From NCBI GenBank assembly GCA_963774265.1, contig CAVZDU010000005.1, forward strand, positions 192,001-256,000: a stretch of 64,000 bases of DNA, written 5' to 3'. The notes beneath the pieces are model-generated. The model was not told where the DNA came from. It saw only the letters and a program-made list of their open reading frames with translations, and did not search any database. Shown here one piece after another: positions 1-10,053 of this stretch. The DNA comes from an uncultured Chloroflexia bacterium. GTDB lineage: Bacteria > Chloroflexota > Anaerolineae > CG2-30-64-16. The translations under genes and the position numbers were made by a program. Position 1 is the stretch's first letter; every line of letters begins with the position of its first letter.

Positions 1-13
1 TTCGTTTGTCCGC

Positions 14-633
14 TTAAGTGTTTCGAAGCCATACATCCACCCTGCCGGGCTGCACGGTCTCCTGCACGACGCGCGCCAGCTCGCCCGTTATGACATCCAG
101 ATCGGTCTCGTCGCGCGGGTCACGGCGAAGCCGGCCAACACCTGCTGCGCGTCGTACTTGCGGCGATAGAAGCGGCGATCGACGAAGTCCTGCACCCGGC
201 GGCGCAGGGGGCTAAACAGCGCCGCGATCGTCAGGGTCGAAGCAACGATCGCGACCGGCGACTGCTGCCCACTGATCCCTGTGAAGAGGTTCTGCAGCAG
301 GACCACGCTGCCGTAGAAGACGAACGCGACATACAGGCGGAACCAATCGCTGGCGCGACGCCAGACGAGCAGGAACAGGATCGCCGACGCCAAGCCGAAG
401 CCGAGGATGTCACGCACCAGTTGCAGCCAGCCCACCGTATCCGCCGGCCAGCCCAGTTGCGCCAGCCCTGCCTGCGTCTGCTCGAACGTCCAACTATCAT
501 TCGGCGCGAACTCGCTGAGATGTCCCGGCAGGTACGCTGGGAAGCGGATCGTGCCGACGATCGTGACCGCGATCATCGCCAGGAAGATCCCCATCACTGC
601 CCACCGCGCGGCGGGCAACGCGAAACGCGTCAT
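14..633 (-). CDS. Multi-pass membrane protein of the sensor-like family ending in a truncated GAF-like tail; internally shortened relative to its paralog; +1 indel near 118
   Basis: ORF 88..633 is hydrophobic with [21 protein letters not shown]. Correcting the frame near 118 gives [34 protein letters not shown] with TAA at 14-16. The C-terminus is highly similar to that of 1830..3078. Confidence 0.75.
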
Positions 634-686
634 TGTGGCACGCTCTTCTTGTGCGTCATTATCGGCTCATGCCTCACTCATACCTC

Positions 687-711
687 CGTGCGCAATCCAG
701 ACACCCACCGT
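687..711. repeat. Copy 1 of a 25-bp direct repeat (copy 2 at 1835-1859) flanking the cytochrome c gene
   Basis: cgtgcgcaatccagacacccaccgt vs cgtgtgcaatccagacactcaccgt, 2 mismatches. Confidence 0.85.
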
Positions 712-727
712 GCAGAACCTGGCTGCG

Positions 728-1684
728 TCACGGCAGCGTCTTCAGGTACGCCTGGACCGCGCGCAGGTCATCGTCGCTCATGGTCTTGCCGATGTTCTTC
801 CACGGCATCCCTTCGCCCATCGGGCTCCCGTCGATCCGGCGTCCCTCGCGGAAGACGGCCAGGAACTGGGCCTCGCTCATGCCGGCGGCGAACGGCTTCA
901 GAGGAGGCCCGGGCGGCACGAAGGAGTTGGGCGGCACGCCGTCCAGTTTGACGCCATGGCAGTCGGCGCAACCGCCGATGGACGACCAGGTATTCGCCGT
1001 ACGCCGCCGTGGGACCGGCCGGCGGCGCGGCCACCGAGCCCACGGGCGCCTGGGCGCTGGTGGGGAACAGGCCCGCGCCCAGGAAGAGCGCGGCCAGGAC
1101 GTTGAGGTTGCGCGCCGGCTGCGGGTTCTCCACCGCGGGCTGCGAGCGCAGGTACGCCACCAGCGCCTGCACATCGGCGTCGCTCAGGTTGCGATAGGCC
1201 TGCGACGGCATGACGACCAGCGCCCGGCCGTCTTGGTCGATCCCCTCGCGGATCGCGCGCACGATCTCGCCGTCCGTCCACCCCGGCAGCGGCCCGCCGG
1301 GCGTCAGGTTGGGTGCGTACATGACGCCAAGAGGCGGCCCGCCCGCGATGAAGTTTTCGATGCCGCCGCTGAGCGGCAGCTCCTGCGCCGGCGCAGTGGC
1401 AGTCGGCGCAGCCCCAGGCCAGCTGTGCGCCGCGCGACGATCTGCTCGGGCGTGCCCGCGACCTGGAGCTCGGCGACCGGGTTTGCGTGGCGCCCTTCCA
1501 GCTTGACGAGACCGATCACGGCCACAACAGCCGCGGCCGCACAGACCAGGGTCAGCAGCCCGGCCAGGATAAGCCCAGGCGCCTTGACCCAAATGCGTCG
1601 CGCGGCCAGCGCCCGGCTGAAGAGCCAGGCGAACAACACGGCGAGCAGGACGATCACCAACAGACTGATGATGTTGCCGAACAT
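728..1684 (-). CDS. Membrane-anchored di-heme cytochrome c (about 3 apparent frameshifts)
   Basis: Two N-terminal TM helices. First CADCH read off-frame near 1395-1420 (ARGAQLAWGCADCH), followed by APNLTP...WTDGEIVRAIREG...MPS. Second GCADCHG...MPW...SDDDLRAVQAYLKTLP. RBS GAGGAGG upstream. Confidence 0.85.
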
Positions 1685-1728
1685 CAGAACCTCCTCACAG
1701 ACTGAATCTCATCGCTCAATGTATCGTC

Positions 1729-1772
1729 ATCATGGCCTGCCGGTGTCCGCGAATCGTTACGGCAACCGTTGC
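1729..1772 (-). promoter_or_regulatory. Putative activator-dependent promoter: two G(T/C)AACG boxes at 12-bp spacing, 20 bp from a CATGAT -10
   Basis: cgttac at 1755, cgttgc at 1767 and atcatg at 1729-1734; the geometry is identical to 3685-3746. Confidence 0.55.
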
Positions 1773-1829
1773 CGCGCCGCGATTCGTTGCATTCTTCCGG
1801 CTCGGGCATCGAGCGCAATGGTGTGCCCG

Positions 1830-3078
1830 TCATTCGTGTGCAATCCAGACACTCACCGTCTTCGGCTGCACCGTTTCTTGCATGGTGCTCAACAGCGCAT
1901 TTGTCAGGGTGGCGAGGTCGGTCTCATCGCGCGCGACCTCCGCAAAGCCGGCCAATACCCGCTGCGCGTCGTACTTGCGGCGGAAGAAGCGACGGTCGAC
2001 GAAGTCCTGCACGCGGCGACGGAGCGGGCTGAATAATGCGGCGATGGCCAGCGTCGAGGCCACGATCGCGACCGGCGATTGCTGGCCGCTGATGCCTGTA
2101 AAGAGCGACTGCAGTATGACAACGCTGCCGTAGAAGACGAGCGCAAGCAAGGCAGTCACTACGGCATAGACTAGTGTGCGGCGGATGATGACATCAATGT
2201 CCCAGAGCCGGTAGCGCAGAATGGCAAATGCAAGTGACAACGGCAGGAAGGCCATCGCAATCAGGCCGAACTCCGTCCCAAATCCGGTGGAGCTGCCAAC
2301 CTGGTCGTTGATGGCGCTCAGCCCAAAGAACAGCGCGAATCCGTAGACAAACCATTTGGTTTGGAGGCGTTCCTGGGACGTGGACACGCGCGCGTAGCGG
2401 TAGATCTGGCAGCCCAGAATGAACGGGAAGACGACGAAGATCACGCCTTGGAGAACGCGGAGCCCCTCCTCCCAAAGGGGAACTGCGGGGGCGATGCCGG
2501 GAAGTGCGACGGCCAGTGGGGCCAACAACTGGCCGGCGAAGTGCATCACCGCATAGATTGCCAGAGGCCAGCGAGCCCAGCGCGGCACGGCCCGACCGTT
2601 CGGGAACAGGAAGAAAAAGAGCACGAACAAGGGCCACGAGATTGCACGGATTTCGATCCAGAAGGGCGGCACCAGCCGCGCCACCTGCATGGGCTCGTAC
2701 AGGGGAAACGCCGCCAGGAAGAGCATGACGTGGGCCGTCAGCCAGGTGAACCAGTGGGCGTGCGCCCGCCATAGCACGATCGCGCCCACCAGCGTGAATG
2801 TCAGGGCGAAGAAGAGCGCGACGGCGGAAGCATAAACGGCGTATGTGGAGGGTGACATGCCGCGCGCGGGCCGCGGCGCCCAGGATTGTCTCGTTGCTGA
2901 CACCGCTGTTGACCCCTACCTGGTAGGGGATGACGGTCAGTGTTCCGGCGCGCCGAACGTAGCCGGGGATGCTCGCCAACCCGAGCGCAAGGCCCAAAAG
3001 GTCCGTGACGATCAGGAACGCGGAGGCGGCACGGAGCCACCAGTTCACATCGCGCCGGCCGTCGTGCCTTGTATGCAT
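1830..3078 (-). CDS. Polytopic membrane sensor-like protein without kinase/output domain (frameshift near 2870)
   Basis: ATG at 3078 with GGAGGAG RBS. ORFs 2194..3114 (N-terminus) and 1830..2903 join. Motifs FPNGRAVPRW, QIYRY, QTKWFVYG, AILRYRLWDIDVIIRRTLVY, VDRRFFRRKYDA. Confidence 0.8.
1835..1859. repeat. Copy 2 of the 25-bp direct repeat (3' end of the membrane gene)
   Basis: Matches 687-711 at 23/25 positions. Confidence 0.85.
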
Positions 3079-3191
3079 GCTAGTTCGTTTCTCCTCCCCT
3101 GTCCGGATCATCACGCCGATCTGAATAATTATTGTACTGATATTGTGAACATGATACGGTGAGCCTCACTGCTATCCGGCCCCCTTGTGTG

Positions 3192-3641
3192 TTACCGCCG
3201 CGCCATCAACCATCCCAGCGTGGCGCCGTAGATCAAGTGGGCGGCCGTCCAGCCCCAATCCGGCAGGGCGGCCAGCCCCGCGCCGAGCTCGCTCGCCATG
3301 AGGCCGCGCGAAATGAGGAGGAGGATGATCCCGTACACCAGCCCGGCCAGAACCAGCCGGCTTCCCAGGCGGCGCGCGACCGGCGCAATGAGGAGGCCGA
3401 AGATGGCACCGTAAACGCCCGCGCTGGCAAGATGCGCCAGTGTGCCGGCGAGGGCAGAACCCGTAAACGTGGGATCGAAGCGCGCCAGGACGAAGTCGGC
3501 CTTGAGCCCCGCAAACAGCCCGGCGACGATCAGCACGATCGCCATCATGACGCCCCCAACCACCCCGCGCAGCAAGCCATCCACGGCAGCGTCTGCTACG
3601 CCGGATGGCGACTTGGTCAAGGTTCTTTCGTTTGTCATCAC
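3192..3641 (-). CDS. Small 4-TM membrane protein with two intramembrane His residues (DUF1440/DUF6789-like)
   Basis: GVVGGVMM..., GTLAHLASAGVYG, AAHLIYGATLG; RBS GGGAGG upstream. Confidence 0.7.
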   Translation of the reverse strand: MMTNERTLTKSPSGVADAAVDGLLRGVVGGVMMAIVLIVAGLFAGLKADFVLARFDPTFTGSALAGTLAHLASAGVYGAIFGLLIAPVARRLGSRLVLAGLVYGIILLLISRGLMASELGAGLAALPDWGWTAAHLIYGATLGWLMARR

Positions 3642-3684
3642 TTTACCCTCCCGGCCTTGTAAGTTACAATCAATATCGTCTGTG

Positions 3685-3746
3685 AGCGTACAGGCCGGGC
3701 GTCCGAGGTTCGTTACGGCGAGCGTTACGGCGAGCGCTACGATGGA
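3685..3746 (-). promoter_or_regulatory. Three 12-bp-period direct repeats plus a TACGCT -10; candidate SARP/BTAD activator site
   Basis: cgttacggcgag (3711), cgttacggcgag (3723), cgctacgatgga (3735); agcgta at 3685-3690; lies between divergent genes. Confidence 0.65.
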
Positions 3747-3758
3747 GAAAATCAGGCC

Positions 3759-6698
3759 GTGTCCAAGCTTTGCCTCTATCTATTCGGTGCACCCCGCCTG
3801 GAAAAGGATGGCGCGGCGGTGACCACCGACACCCGCAAGGCGATCGCGCTGCTGGCCTACCTGGCCGTGACCGGCCGGCCGCACACGCGCGACGCGCTCG
3901 CGACCTTGCTTTGGGGTGATTCGGATCAGCAGCACGCGCGCGGCGCGCTGCGCCGGACGCTCTCTGTGCTGCGTTCGGCCGTGGGTGAAGGCGTGCTGAA
4001 CGCGGCGGACGATACCATCGGCCTTGGTCCCGGGCTATGGTGCGATGTGACCGCGTTCAGGGCCGAGCTTGGCAAGGCGGGTCAGTCATCCGGTGGCGCT
4101 GCATCGCAGTTGCCGGCGCTTGTTGCGGCGGTCACCCACAATACCGGCCCTTTCATGGCCGGCTTCAGCCTACGCGACAGCCCCGATTTCGAAGAGTGGC
4201 AGTTCCTGGAGGGTGAGGCGCTGGACAGGGAGCTGGCTGCGGCCCTCGACCGGCTGGCCCGCGATCTGGCGGACCAGGGCGACACCCCGGCCGCACTCGC
4301 GCACGCGCGGCGCCTGCTATCGCTCGATCCGCTTAACGAGGAGGCGCACCGGCTGCTGATGCAGCTCTACGCGATCAGTGGGGCCCAGGGCTCGGCGCTG
4401 CGCCAGTATCGCGAGTGCGTTCGCGTGCTGGACCAGGAACTGGGGGTGACGCCACTGGCCGAAACGGCCGAGTTGTACCAAGCCATCCGGGAGAAGGCAC
4501 TGGTCCGGCCTGCCCCGCGCGCCGCCACTGCTTCCGTCGCGGAGCGCCTGGCGGAAGCAGCGGCAGCGGGCCCGGTCTCTCCGCGGGCCGGCAGACCCTG
4601 GTCGCTGGTGGGCCGCGCGCGGGAATGGACGACGTTGACGCGCGCCTATGGCCGCGATGCTCAGGGCGGTTATTGCCTGGCGCTCGAGGGCGAGGCCGGC
4701 ATCGGCAAGACCCGGTTGGCGGAGGATTTTCTGGCGCATGCGCGTTCCCGGGGCGCTGCGGTGGTCGGGGCCCGGTGCTACGAGGGCGAATCCGGCGTGG
4801 CGTACGGGGCGATCACCGGGGCGCTGCGGGCCTTGATCGGAGAATCCGGGTGTCAAGAGCGGCTGGCTCAAATGCCTGCTTTTGCGCTGAGCGAGGCAGC
4901 CCGCCTTCTGCCGGAGCTGGCGGCCCGGGCGCCCGCGGCGGCGCCCCTTGGTCAGGATCCCGGCGCGGCCGCCCGTTTCCTGGAGGGGTTGCGCCAGTTT
5001 CTGACCGGGCTGTGCACCGGGACCGCCCCTACGGTGCTTTTCTTTGATGATCTCCACTGGGCCGACGCCGCTTCGCTCGATTTCCTGGTCTATCTCGTCC
5101 GCCGCCTTGTGGGGCAGCCGCTTTTCGTCCTGCTCTCCTGGCGGCCGGACGGTTCGCCCCAGGTCGAGCAGCTCCGGGCATTGCTGGTCGATGCGATGCG
5201 GGCTGGGCGTGGCGGTCTGCTCGCTCTGCGCCGCCTGAGCCTGGCCGATGTGCTGGAGCTTGCCTCTGCTGTGGGCGGCGAGGGGCGGTCGCTGCCCGAT
5301 GGCCTGGCCGGCCGCGTCTACCACGAGAGCGAAGGCGTGCCTCTGTTTGTTGTGGCCTACCTGGAGGCCGCCTATCTGGAGGCGGCGCGAGAGGGCGCCA
5401 TTCCCGGCGCGCCGGACCCGCCCCGCGAGGTCCGCGACCTGCCCCGCGGGGTACGCGATCTGCTGGCCGCGCGGCTGCGCGGCCTGGGCGAGACCGAGCG
5501 CCAGCTTCTCCAGGCCGCGGCGGTCCTGGGCCGCTCGTTTGACGTGGATGTGCTCCAGGCGATATCAGGCCGTACGGCCGAGGAAACCTTGGGCAGCCTG
5601 GACCGTCTGGCGGCCCGCGGGCTGATCCATGAGCTTGCCGGGACGGGGCCGGTCCTCCTCTACGATTTTGACCACGAGAAGCTGCGCTCGCTCATCTACG
5701 AGGAGACCAGCCTGGCGCGGCGGCGGCTGCTCCACGAGAGGGCCGGCCGCGGCCTGGTTGCGGCAGGCAGCCGGCGCCGTGCGGCCGAAGCCTTTGCTGC
5801 CCAGGCCGCCCATCACTTCGAGGAGGCCGGGCTGGCTGAAGAGGCTGCAGCGCAGCATCTGGTCGCCGCGCGGCACGCGGCGCAGATCTTCGCCAATGTC
5901 GATGCCCTGGCCCATTACCGGTCCGCGTTGGGCCTCGGGCATGCGGACGTAGCGCTCATTCACGAGGCCATCGGCGATCTAGTGACGCTGGGCGGCGACT
6001 ACGGGGTCGCGTTGGCGTCATACGAGGCCGCGGCCGCGGCCTTGCCCCCCGGCTCGAGCCATGCGCCCGCGATCGAGCACAAGCTGGCCAACCTGCACGC
6101 CCGGCTGGGGAACTGGGAGGCTGCGGAGAGCTACTTCGTGGCTGCCGATGGGGCGCTCATGGGCGACTGCGATGGCGACAGGGCGAGCCTGTATGCGGAT
6201 TGGAGCCTGGCCTGTCATCAACAGGGCGCTGTGGATCGGGCTGCGGCGTTGGCCGGCAGAGCGCTGGATTGCGCGGAGCGGACGGGCGACCGCCGCGCGC
6301 TGGCCCAGGCGCACAATATCGCGGGGGTGCTGGGCCGCGCCCGCGGCGATTTTCGTGCAGCCATCGCGAGCCTGGAGCGGAGCTGCGAACTCGCTGAAGC
6401 CTTGGGTGATCCAGGCGTGCGCGCGGCCGCACTCAACAACCTGGCGCTTGCGCTGGGCGCGGCCGGCGATTTCTCCCGCGCGGCCCCGCTGCTGCAGGAG
6501 GCGCTGGCCGCCTGCAGCAGGCAGGGTGATCGCCATCGCGAGGCCGCCCTGCGCAACAACCTGGCGGACCTGCTCCATGCAGCCGGTCGGGAGGAGGAGG
6601 CCATGGCCGAACTGAAGGCCGCGGTGGCGCTCTTCGCAGAGGTGGGGATGCAGGCGGGGGAGGCGCGGCCGGAGATCTGGAAGCTCACCGAGTGGTGA
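3759..6698 (+). CDS. AfsR/SARP-family transcriptional activator (wHTH-BTAD + AAA ATPase + TPR)
   Basis: LFGAPRL...ALLAYLA...RDALATLLW; BTAD LDPLNEEAHRLLM; Walker A GEAGIGKT; Walker B FFDDLHWAD; C-terminal TPRs. Confidence 0.92.
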   Translation: MSKLCLYLFGAPRLEKDGAAVTTDTRKAIALLAYLAVTGRPHTRDALATLLWGDSDQQHARGALRRTLSVLRSAVGEGVLNAADDTIGLGPGLWCDVTAFRAELGKAGQSSGGAASQLPALVAAVTHNTGPFMAGFSLRDSPDFEEWQFLEGEALDRELAAALDRLARDLADQGDTPAALAHARRLLSLDPLNEEAHRLLMQLYAISGAQGSALRQYRECVRVLDQELGVTPLAETAELYQAIREKALVRPAPRAATASVAERLAEAAAAGPVSPRAGRPWSLVGRAREWTTLTRAYGRDAQGGYCLALEGEAGIGKTRLAEDFLAHARSRGAAVVGARCYEGESGVAYGAITGALRALIGESGCQERLAQMPAFALSEAARLLPELAARAPAAAPLGQDPGAAARFLEGLRQFLTGLCTGTAPTVLFFDDLHWADAASLDFLVYLVRRLVGQPLFVLLSWRPDGSPQVEQLRALLVDAMRAGRGGLLALRRLSLADVLELASAVGGEGRSLPDGLAGRVYHESEGVPLFVVAYLEAAYLEAAREGAIPGAPDPPREVRDLPRGVRDLLAARLRGLGETERQLLQAAAVLGRSFDVDVLQAISGRTAEETLGSLDRLAARGLIHELAGTGPVLLYDFDHEKLRSLIYEETSLARRRLLHERAGRGLVAAGSRRRAAEAFAAQAAHHFEEAGLAEEAAAQHLVAARHAAQIFANVDALAHYRSALGLGHADVALIHEAIGDLVTLGGDYGVALASYEAAAAALPPGSSHAPAIEHKLANLHARLGNWEAAESYFVAADGALMGDCDGDRASLYADWSLACHQQGAVDRAAALAGRALDCAERTGDRRALAQAHNIAGVLGRARGDFRAAIASLERSCELAEALGDPGVRAAALNNLALALGAAGDFSRAAPLLQEALAACSRQGDRHREAALRNNLADLLHAAGREEEAMAELKAAVALFAEVGMQAGEARPEIWKLTEW

Positions 6699-6743
6699 CC
6701 GATGATGCTTGCAAGTATTGCACAAACATAGTACAGTTGAGAC

Positions 6744-7829
6744 ATGCACCGGAGGGTGAGCGCGCAAGAACCGGACTCGAACTCACTGGTCGTCCCTGCT
6801 GTCGCGTTTCGGGAGAGCTGGATCGATCGGCTCACTTCACGCGTTGAACGCCTGCCCCTACCCCCGCCGCTTCTGTACGCGATTCTGGCCGTTGTCTCGG
6901 TGCTGCTTTTCGTGGTCAACGACTGGCTGAACACAGGGCTGCTGGTCGGAGCGCTGAAGCCATTCCATCTCGTACTGGCTCTCGAGCCGGTCTATACGGT
7001 CGCCCTGATCCATCTGTTGAATCACCGCGCGGGGCGTGCGCTCGACCGGATGGAAGCCTTGCTCGTCGATAAGCCGGCCGATAGCGCGCTGGTCCACCGG
7101 CAATTGACGTCGCTTCCGGCCATGCCCACCCTGGTGGTCGGATTGTGTGGTCTCGTTGTGGGCATCGGCGCGGCGATCCTTGAGCGGTTTGGGTTGCCTG
7201 CCGTGTTCGACGCTTTTATCTGGCCAGGGTCCGGGCGCTTCTTCCTCGAAGCCTGGCTAATCCTGACCTGGGTCCTTTTCGGCGTGCTGTTCTACCACAC
7301 TTTCCACCAACTGCGTCTCATCAATCACATTTACACACAGCACACGCGTATCGACCTGGACCACTACCAGCCGCTATTCCATTTTTCGACCGTCAGCGCG
7401 CTAACTGCGATCGGGCTGCTGCTGATCCCTTATGGCTGGTACGTCACGGTGCCTGACCTGGTGAGCGATCCGGCGGGCGTGCTCTTCGGCGCGCTCTTCC
7501 CGATTTTCGCGTTGATTTCGTTTCTCTGGCCGCTGGTGGGTGTGCATGGCTTACTCGTGGAGGCGAAGGAACGTGCGTTGTGGGAGAACGCCCGTATGCT
7601 CAAGGAGGGTCGCGCGGACTTGTACCATCGGGTTGAGAGCCAACAGTTCGTGGGCGCGAGCGAGGTCCACGATGCACTGGCCGCGGTGCGCGCGGAGCGT
7701 GAGGCGCTGGTGCGCGTGCCCACCTGGCCGTGGCAGCCCGGCACCTTCCGCGGTGTAGTAGCGGCGCTGCTGCTGCCACTGGCGGTGTGGCTTCTGCAGT
7801 GGGCTCTTCAGAAGGTGCTCGGGCTGTAG
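6744..7829 (+). CDS. Uncharacterised polytopic membrane protein
   Basis: 361-aa ORF with about 7 hydrophobic helices and PTWPW near the C-terminus. Confidence 0.75.
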   Translation: MHRRVSAQEPDSNSLVVPAVAFRESWIDRLTSRVERLPLPPPLLYAILAVVSVLLFVVNDWLNTGLLVGALKPFHLVLALEPVYTVALIHLLNHRAGRALDRMEALLVDKPADSALVHRQLTSLPAMPTLVVGLCGLVVGIGAAILERFGLPAVFDAFIWPGSGRFFLEAWLILTWVLFGVLFYHTFHQLRLINHIYTQHTRIDLDHYQPLFHFSTVSALTAIGLLLIPYGWYVTVPDLVSDPAGVLFGALFPIFALISFLWPLVGVHGLLVEAKERALWENARMLKEGRADLYHRVESQQFVGASEVHDALAAVRAEREALVRVPTWPWQPGTFRGVVAALLLPLAVWLLQWALQKVLGL

Positions 7830-7885
7830 AAGGGGTTTGCTCCGCAGATCTCAAAAGGGCGCGGAGAGCACCAGGCGAGCGATTT

Positions 7886-9224
7886 CTATTCTTGCGCGCG
7901 GCCGATTTCCCCCTCGATCACCACGCGATAGGTCCGCAGCGGCTCGCTCGCCGGCCCGTTGAGCACACTGCCGTCCCGGACATCGAAGGCGGACGCGTGC
8001 CAGGGACAGATCACGGCGCAACCGTCGATGTCCCCCTCGCTCAACGGCCCTTCCGCGTGGGTGCATTCATCCTGAGTGGCGTAATACGTTCCGTCGATGT
8101 TGTAGACGGCCACCGCGCGTCCACCGACCGTGACCCGGCGTGAATGCCCGGGCTTCAAGTCTGCGACACGGAACTGGTCTGGTCCCAATGTCTCCGGGGC
8201 GGGTGCGGCTGCTGCGAACAGGTTCGCGAGCGAGACTTCGGGCTCGTCAGCCGTGAAAATGGGGAGGTCGACATAAACTTGATCATTCTCAACGGTGACC
8301 CGATACATCGGGAGTGCAGTCGTATGGTCCAGCAGGAGCTGGCCGGTGAGCAGGTTGTACTGGTAGCCATGCCAGGGACAGGTGAGCGTGGTTCCTTCCA
8401 GCGCTCCGGTGCAGACAGGGCCGCCGCGGTGGAGGCAGCTGTTGCTCAGCGCAACCCATCCCTCCTTGACGTGAAAAACGCCGATGGAATGACCATCGAC
8501 CTCGATAATCTTGCGCTCGCCTTCCGCAGTACCGGTGACCGGGCCAACCAGCACCCGCCGGTAGCTCGACGGTTTTATCAGGCCGCTGGCGCGCTCAAAG
8601 GAGTCCTCGGCGAGCTCGTGCAAAGGTTCCTCCTTCACTTCCTGCTTTGGCTCGTACGTCTCGGGCTCCTTGCCTTCACCGTAGACGCGCGATAGCTGCT
8701 CGGTCAGGACGGCGAGCAAGGCGCTCCACGCGGCGCAGCCCGCGCGCCTCCAGCTCCTCGTTGACGCCATTCAGTGCATTTGCGAGCACGGCCGCGATGC
8801 GCTGTTGGACGAAGCCCACCATCCCGATCACGTAGCGTTCGGAGATGTAAACGCGTGGATCCGCGCCCTGAGAAGTGTGCGCCCGTCCTACGTAATCCAC
8901 GAACCGCGCGTAGTCATCATCGAACACACCGGTCAACGTTCGACGCCAGAAACTGGCCTGGTGCTGCATGCGCAGCTCGAGGTAGTCCTGGTCGACCGTG
9001 CCGTCCTTCTTCAGGAAGTGCTTGCGGGTGGCGGGAAAGCGCAGCAGTTGCGCGTAAAATTCGCCGATGATGGCCGGGAGGTGCGGTTCGATGAAAGGCC
9101 GGGTATCGCGTATGGTCTGCGCATCCGCGGGGGTGAAGCCGATGAAGTCAGCCATGAACTGGAAGTAGCGCGGCGCGTCTGCCGCTCCGCGTTTGAAACG
9201 CTCCTGGGTCGAAAGTTCACTCAT
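7886..9224 (-). CDS. Protoglobin-type globin domain fused to two Rieske [2Fe-2S] ferredoxin domains (one apparent +1 indel near 8732)
   Basis: Globin: FIGFTPAD...FYAQLL...YVGRAH...YVIG, with the last helix AWSALLAVLTEQLSRVY in the next frame. Rieske boxes CLH...CPWHG and CTH...CPWHA. ATG at 9224 with AAGGAG RBS. Confidence 0.8.
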
Positions 9225-9331
9225 GGTTGCCTCCTTGATCTGTCCTTGAATTATTGTAGTGTATCTAACCACAAAGATCCAAAGAGCGCAAGGAGCACGA
9301 AGAAGCGGTCGGAGTCACGGCCGATGCGCAA

Positions 9332-10053
9332 TCACCCCAGGGATTGGTCGAAGAATGCAATCACACGCTGCTCGTACTCGTCGGGATAGCGAGTGAATGC
9401 GCCAGTGTGCGGGGCATCGGGGGGATCCACAAGGTTGCGCGTGCCCCGACCGTTGCAGCGAATAGCTCATTGAATTTTACTTCCAGACCATTAGCGCCGC
9501 CCGCAATCAACAGGAATTTGGCGGAGTTCGCTTCGACCATAGATGCTAACAATGGCTTGGGTGGTTTTTCGACGCTGAGAAATTGCACGGTCGCATACAT
9601 CACCCGGGCAGTGAAATTTCGGTAGAGAGATCGCTCTGAAGGCAGGGCAAGCAACTCCTCAGTACAACGTCTCGTTGCGCCGTCAGCGGCTACGGCCAGA
9701 AGGGACGGGTACTCGGACACCGCACCGAGCAGGACTTCTGCACCCATCGAAAGACCGAGTGCGCCGATTCGATTAACCTCCTCGCGCTGCTGCAAATACT
9801 GAATCGCGGCGCCGACATCAGATGTGCCTTGCCAGCCCAAACGGTTTGTCGCGCCACTGCTCATTCCATGTCCTCGGAGGTCCAGCGCGAGAACACCGAA
9901 TCCGTGACTGATCAACATTTCTGCATAGAGACGCATTTGTTCGCGTGAACCCCCTGCGCCATGAAGCAAGATGAGTGCTGCCCCATTCGTGGAAGGCGCG
10001 TACCATCCGGCCAGCGACACATTGTCGTCCGTCAGCAGTTCGATGGCCTCGAA
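9332..10053 (-). pseudogene. Alpha/beta hydrolase, 5'-truncated and joined out of frame to the end of the DUF1801 gene
   Basis: FEAIELLTDDNVSLAGWY...LLHG...DLRGHG...GLSMG nucleophile motif. After an indel near 9422 it reads HTGAF...YEQRVIAFFDQSLG*. No own N-terminus. Confidence 0.65.

Noticed and set aside
633-2036. Long plus-strand ORF (467 aa) and similar antisense ORFs across the window
   Set aside because: These are shadow ORFs of high-GC genes on the opposite strand, with no recognisable motifs.
3711-3746. CRISPR-like or VNTR repeat
   Set aside because: The 12-bp units have no spacers and there are no cas genes. It is better explained as an operator.
9254-9274. Imperfect palindrome TTGTAGT-N7-ACCACAA upstream of the globin-Rieske gene as an Fnr/NsrR/Rex site
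   Set aside because: The spacing does not fit those consensus motifs, so it cannot be supported.
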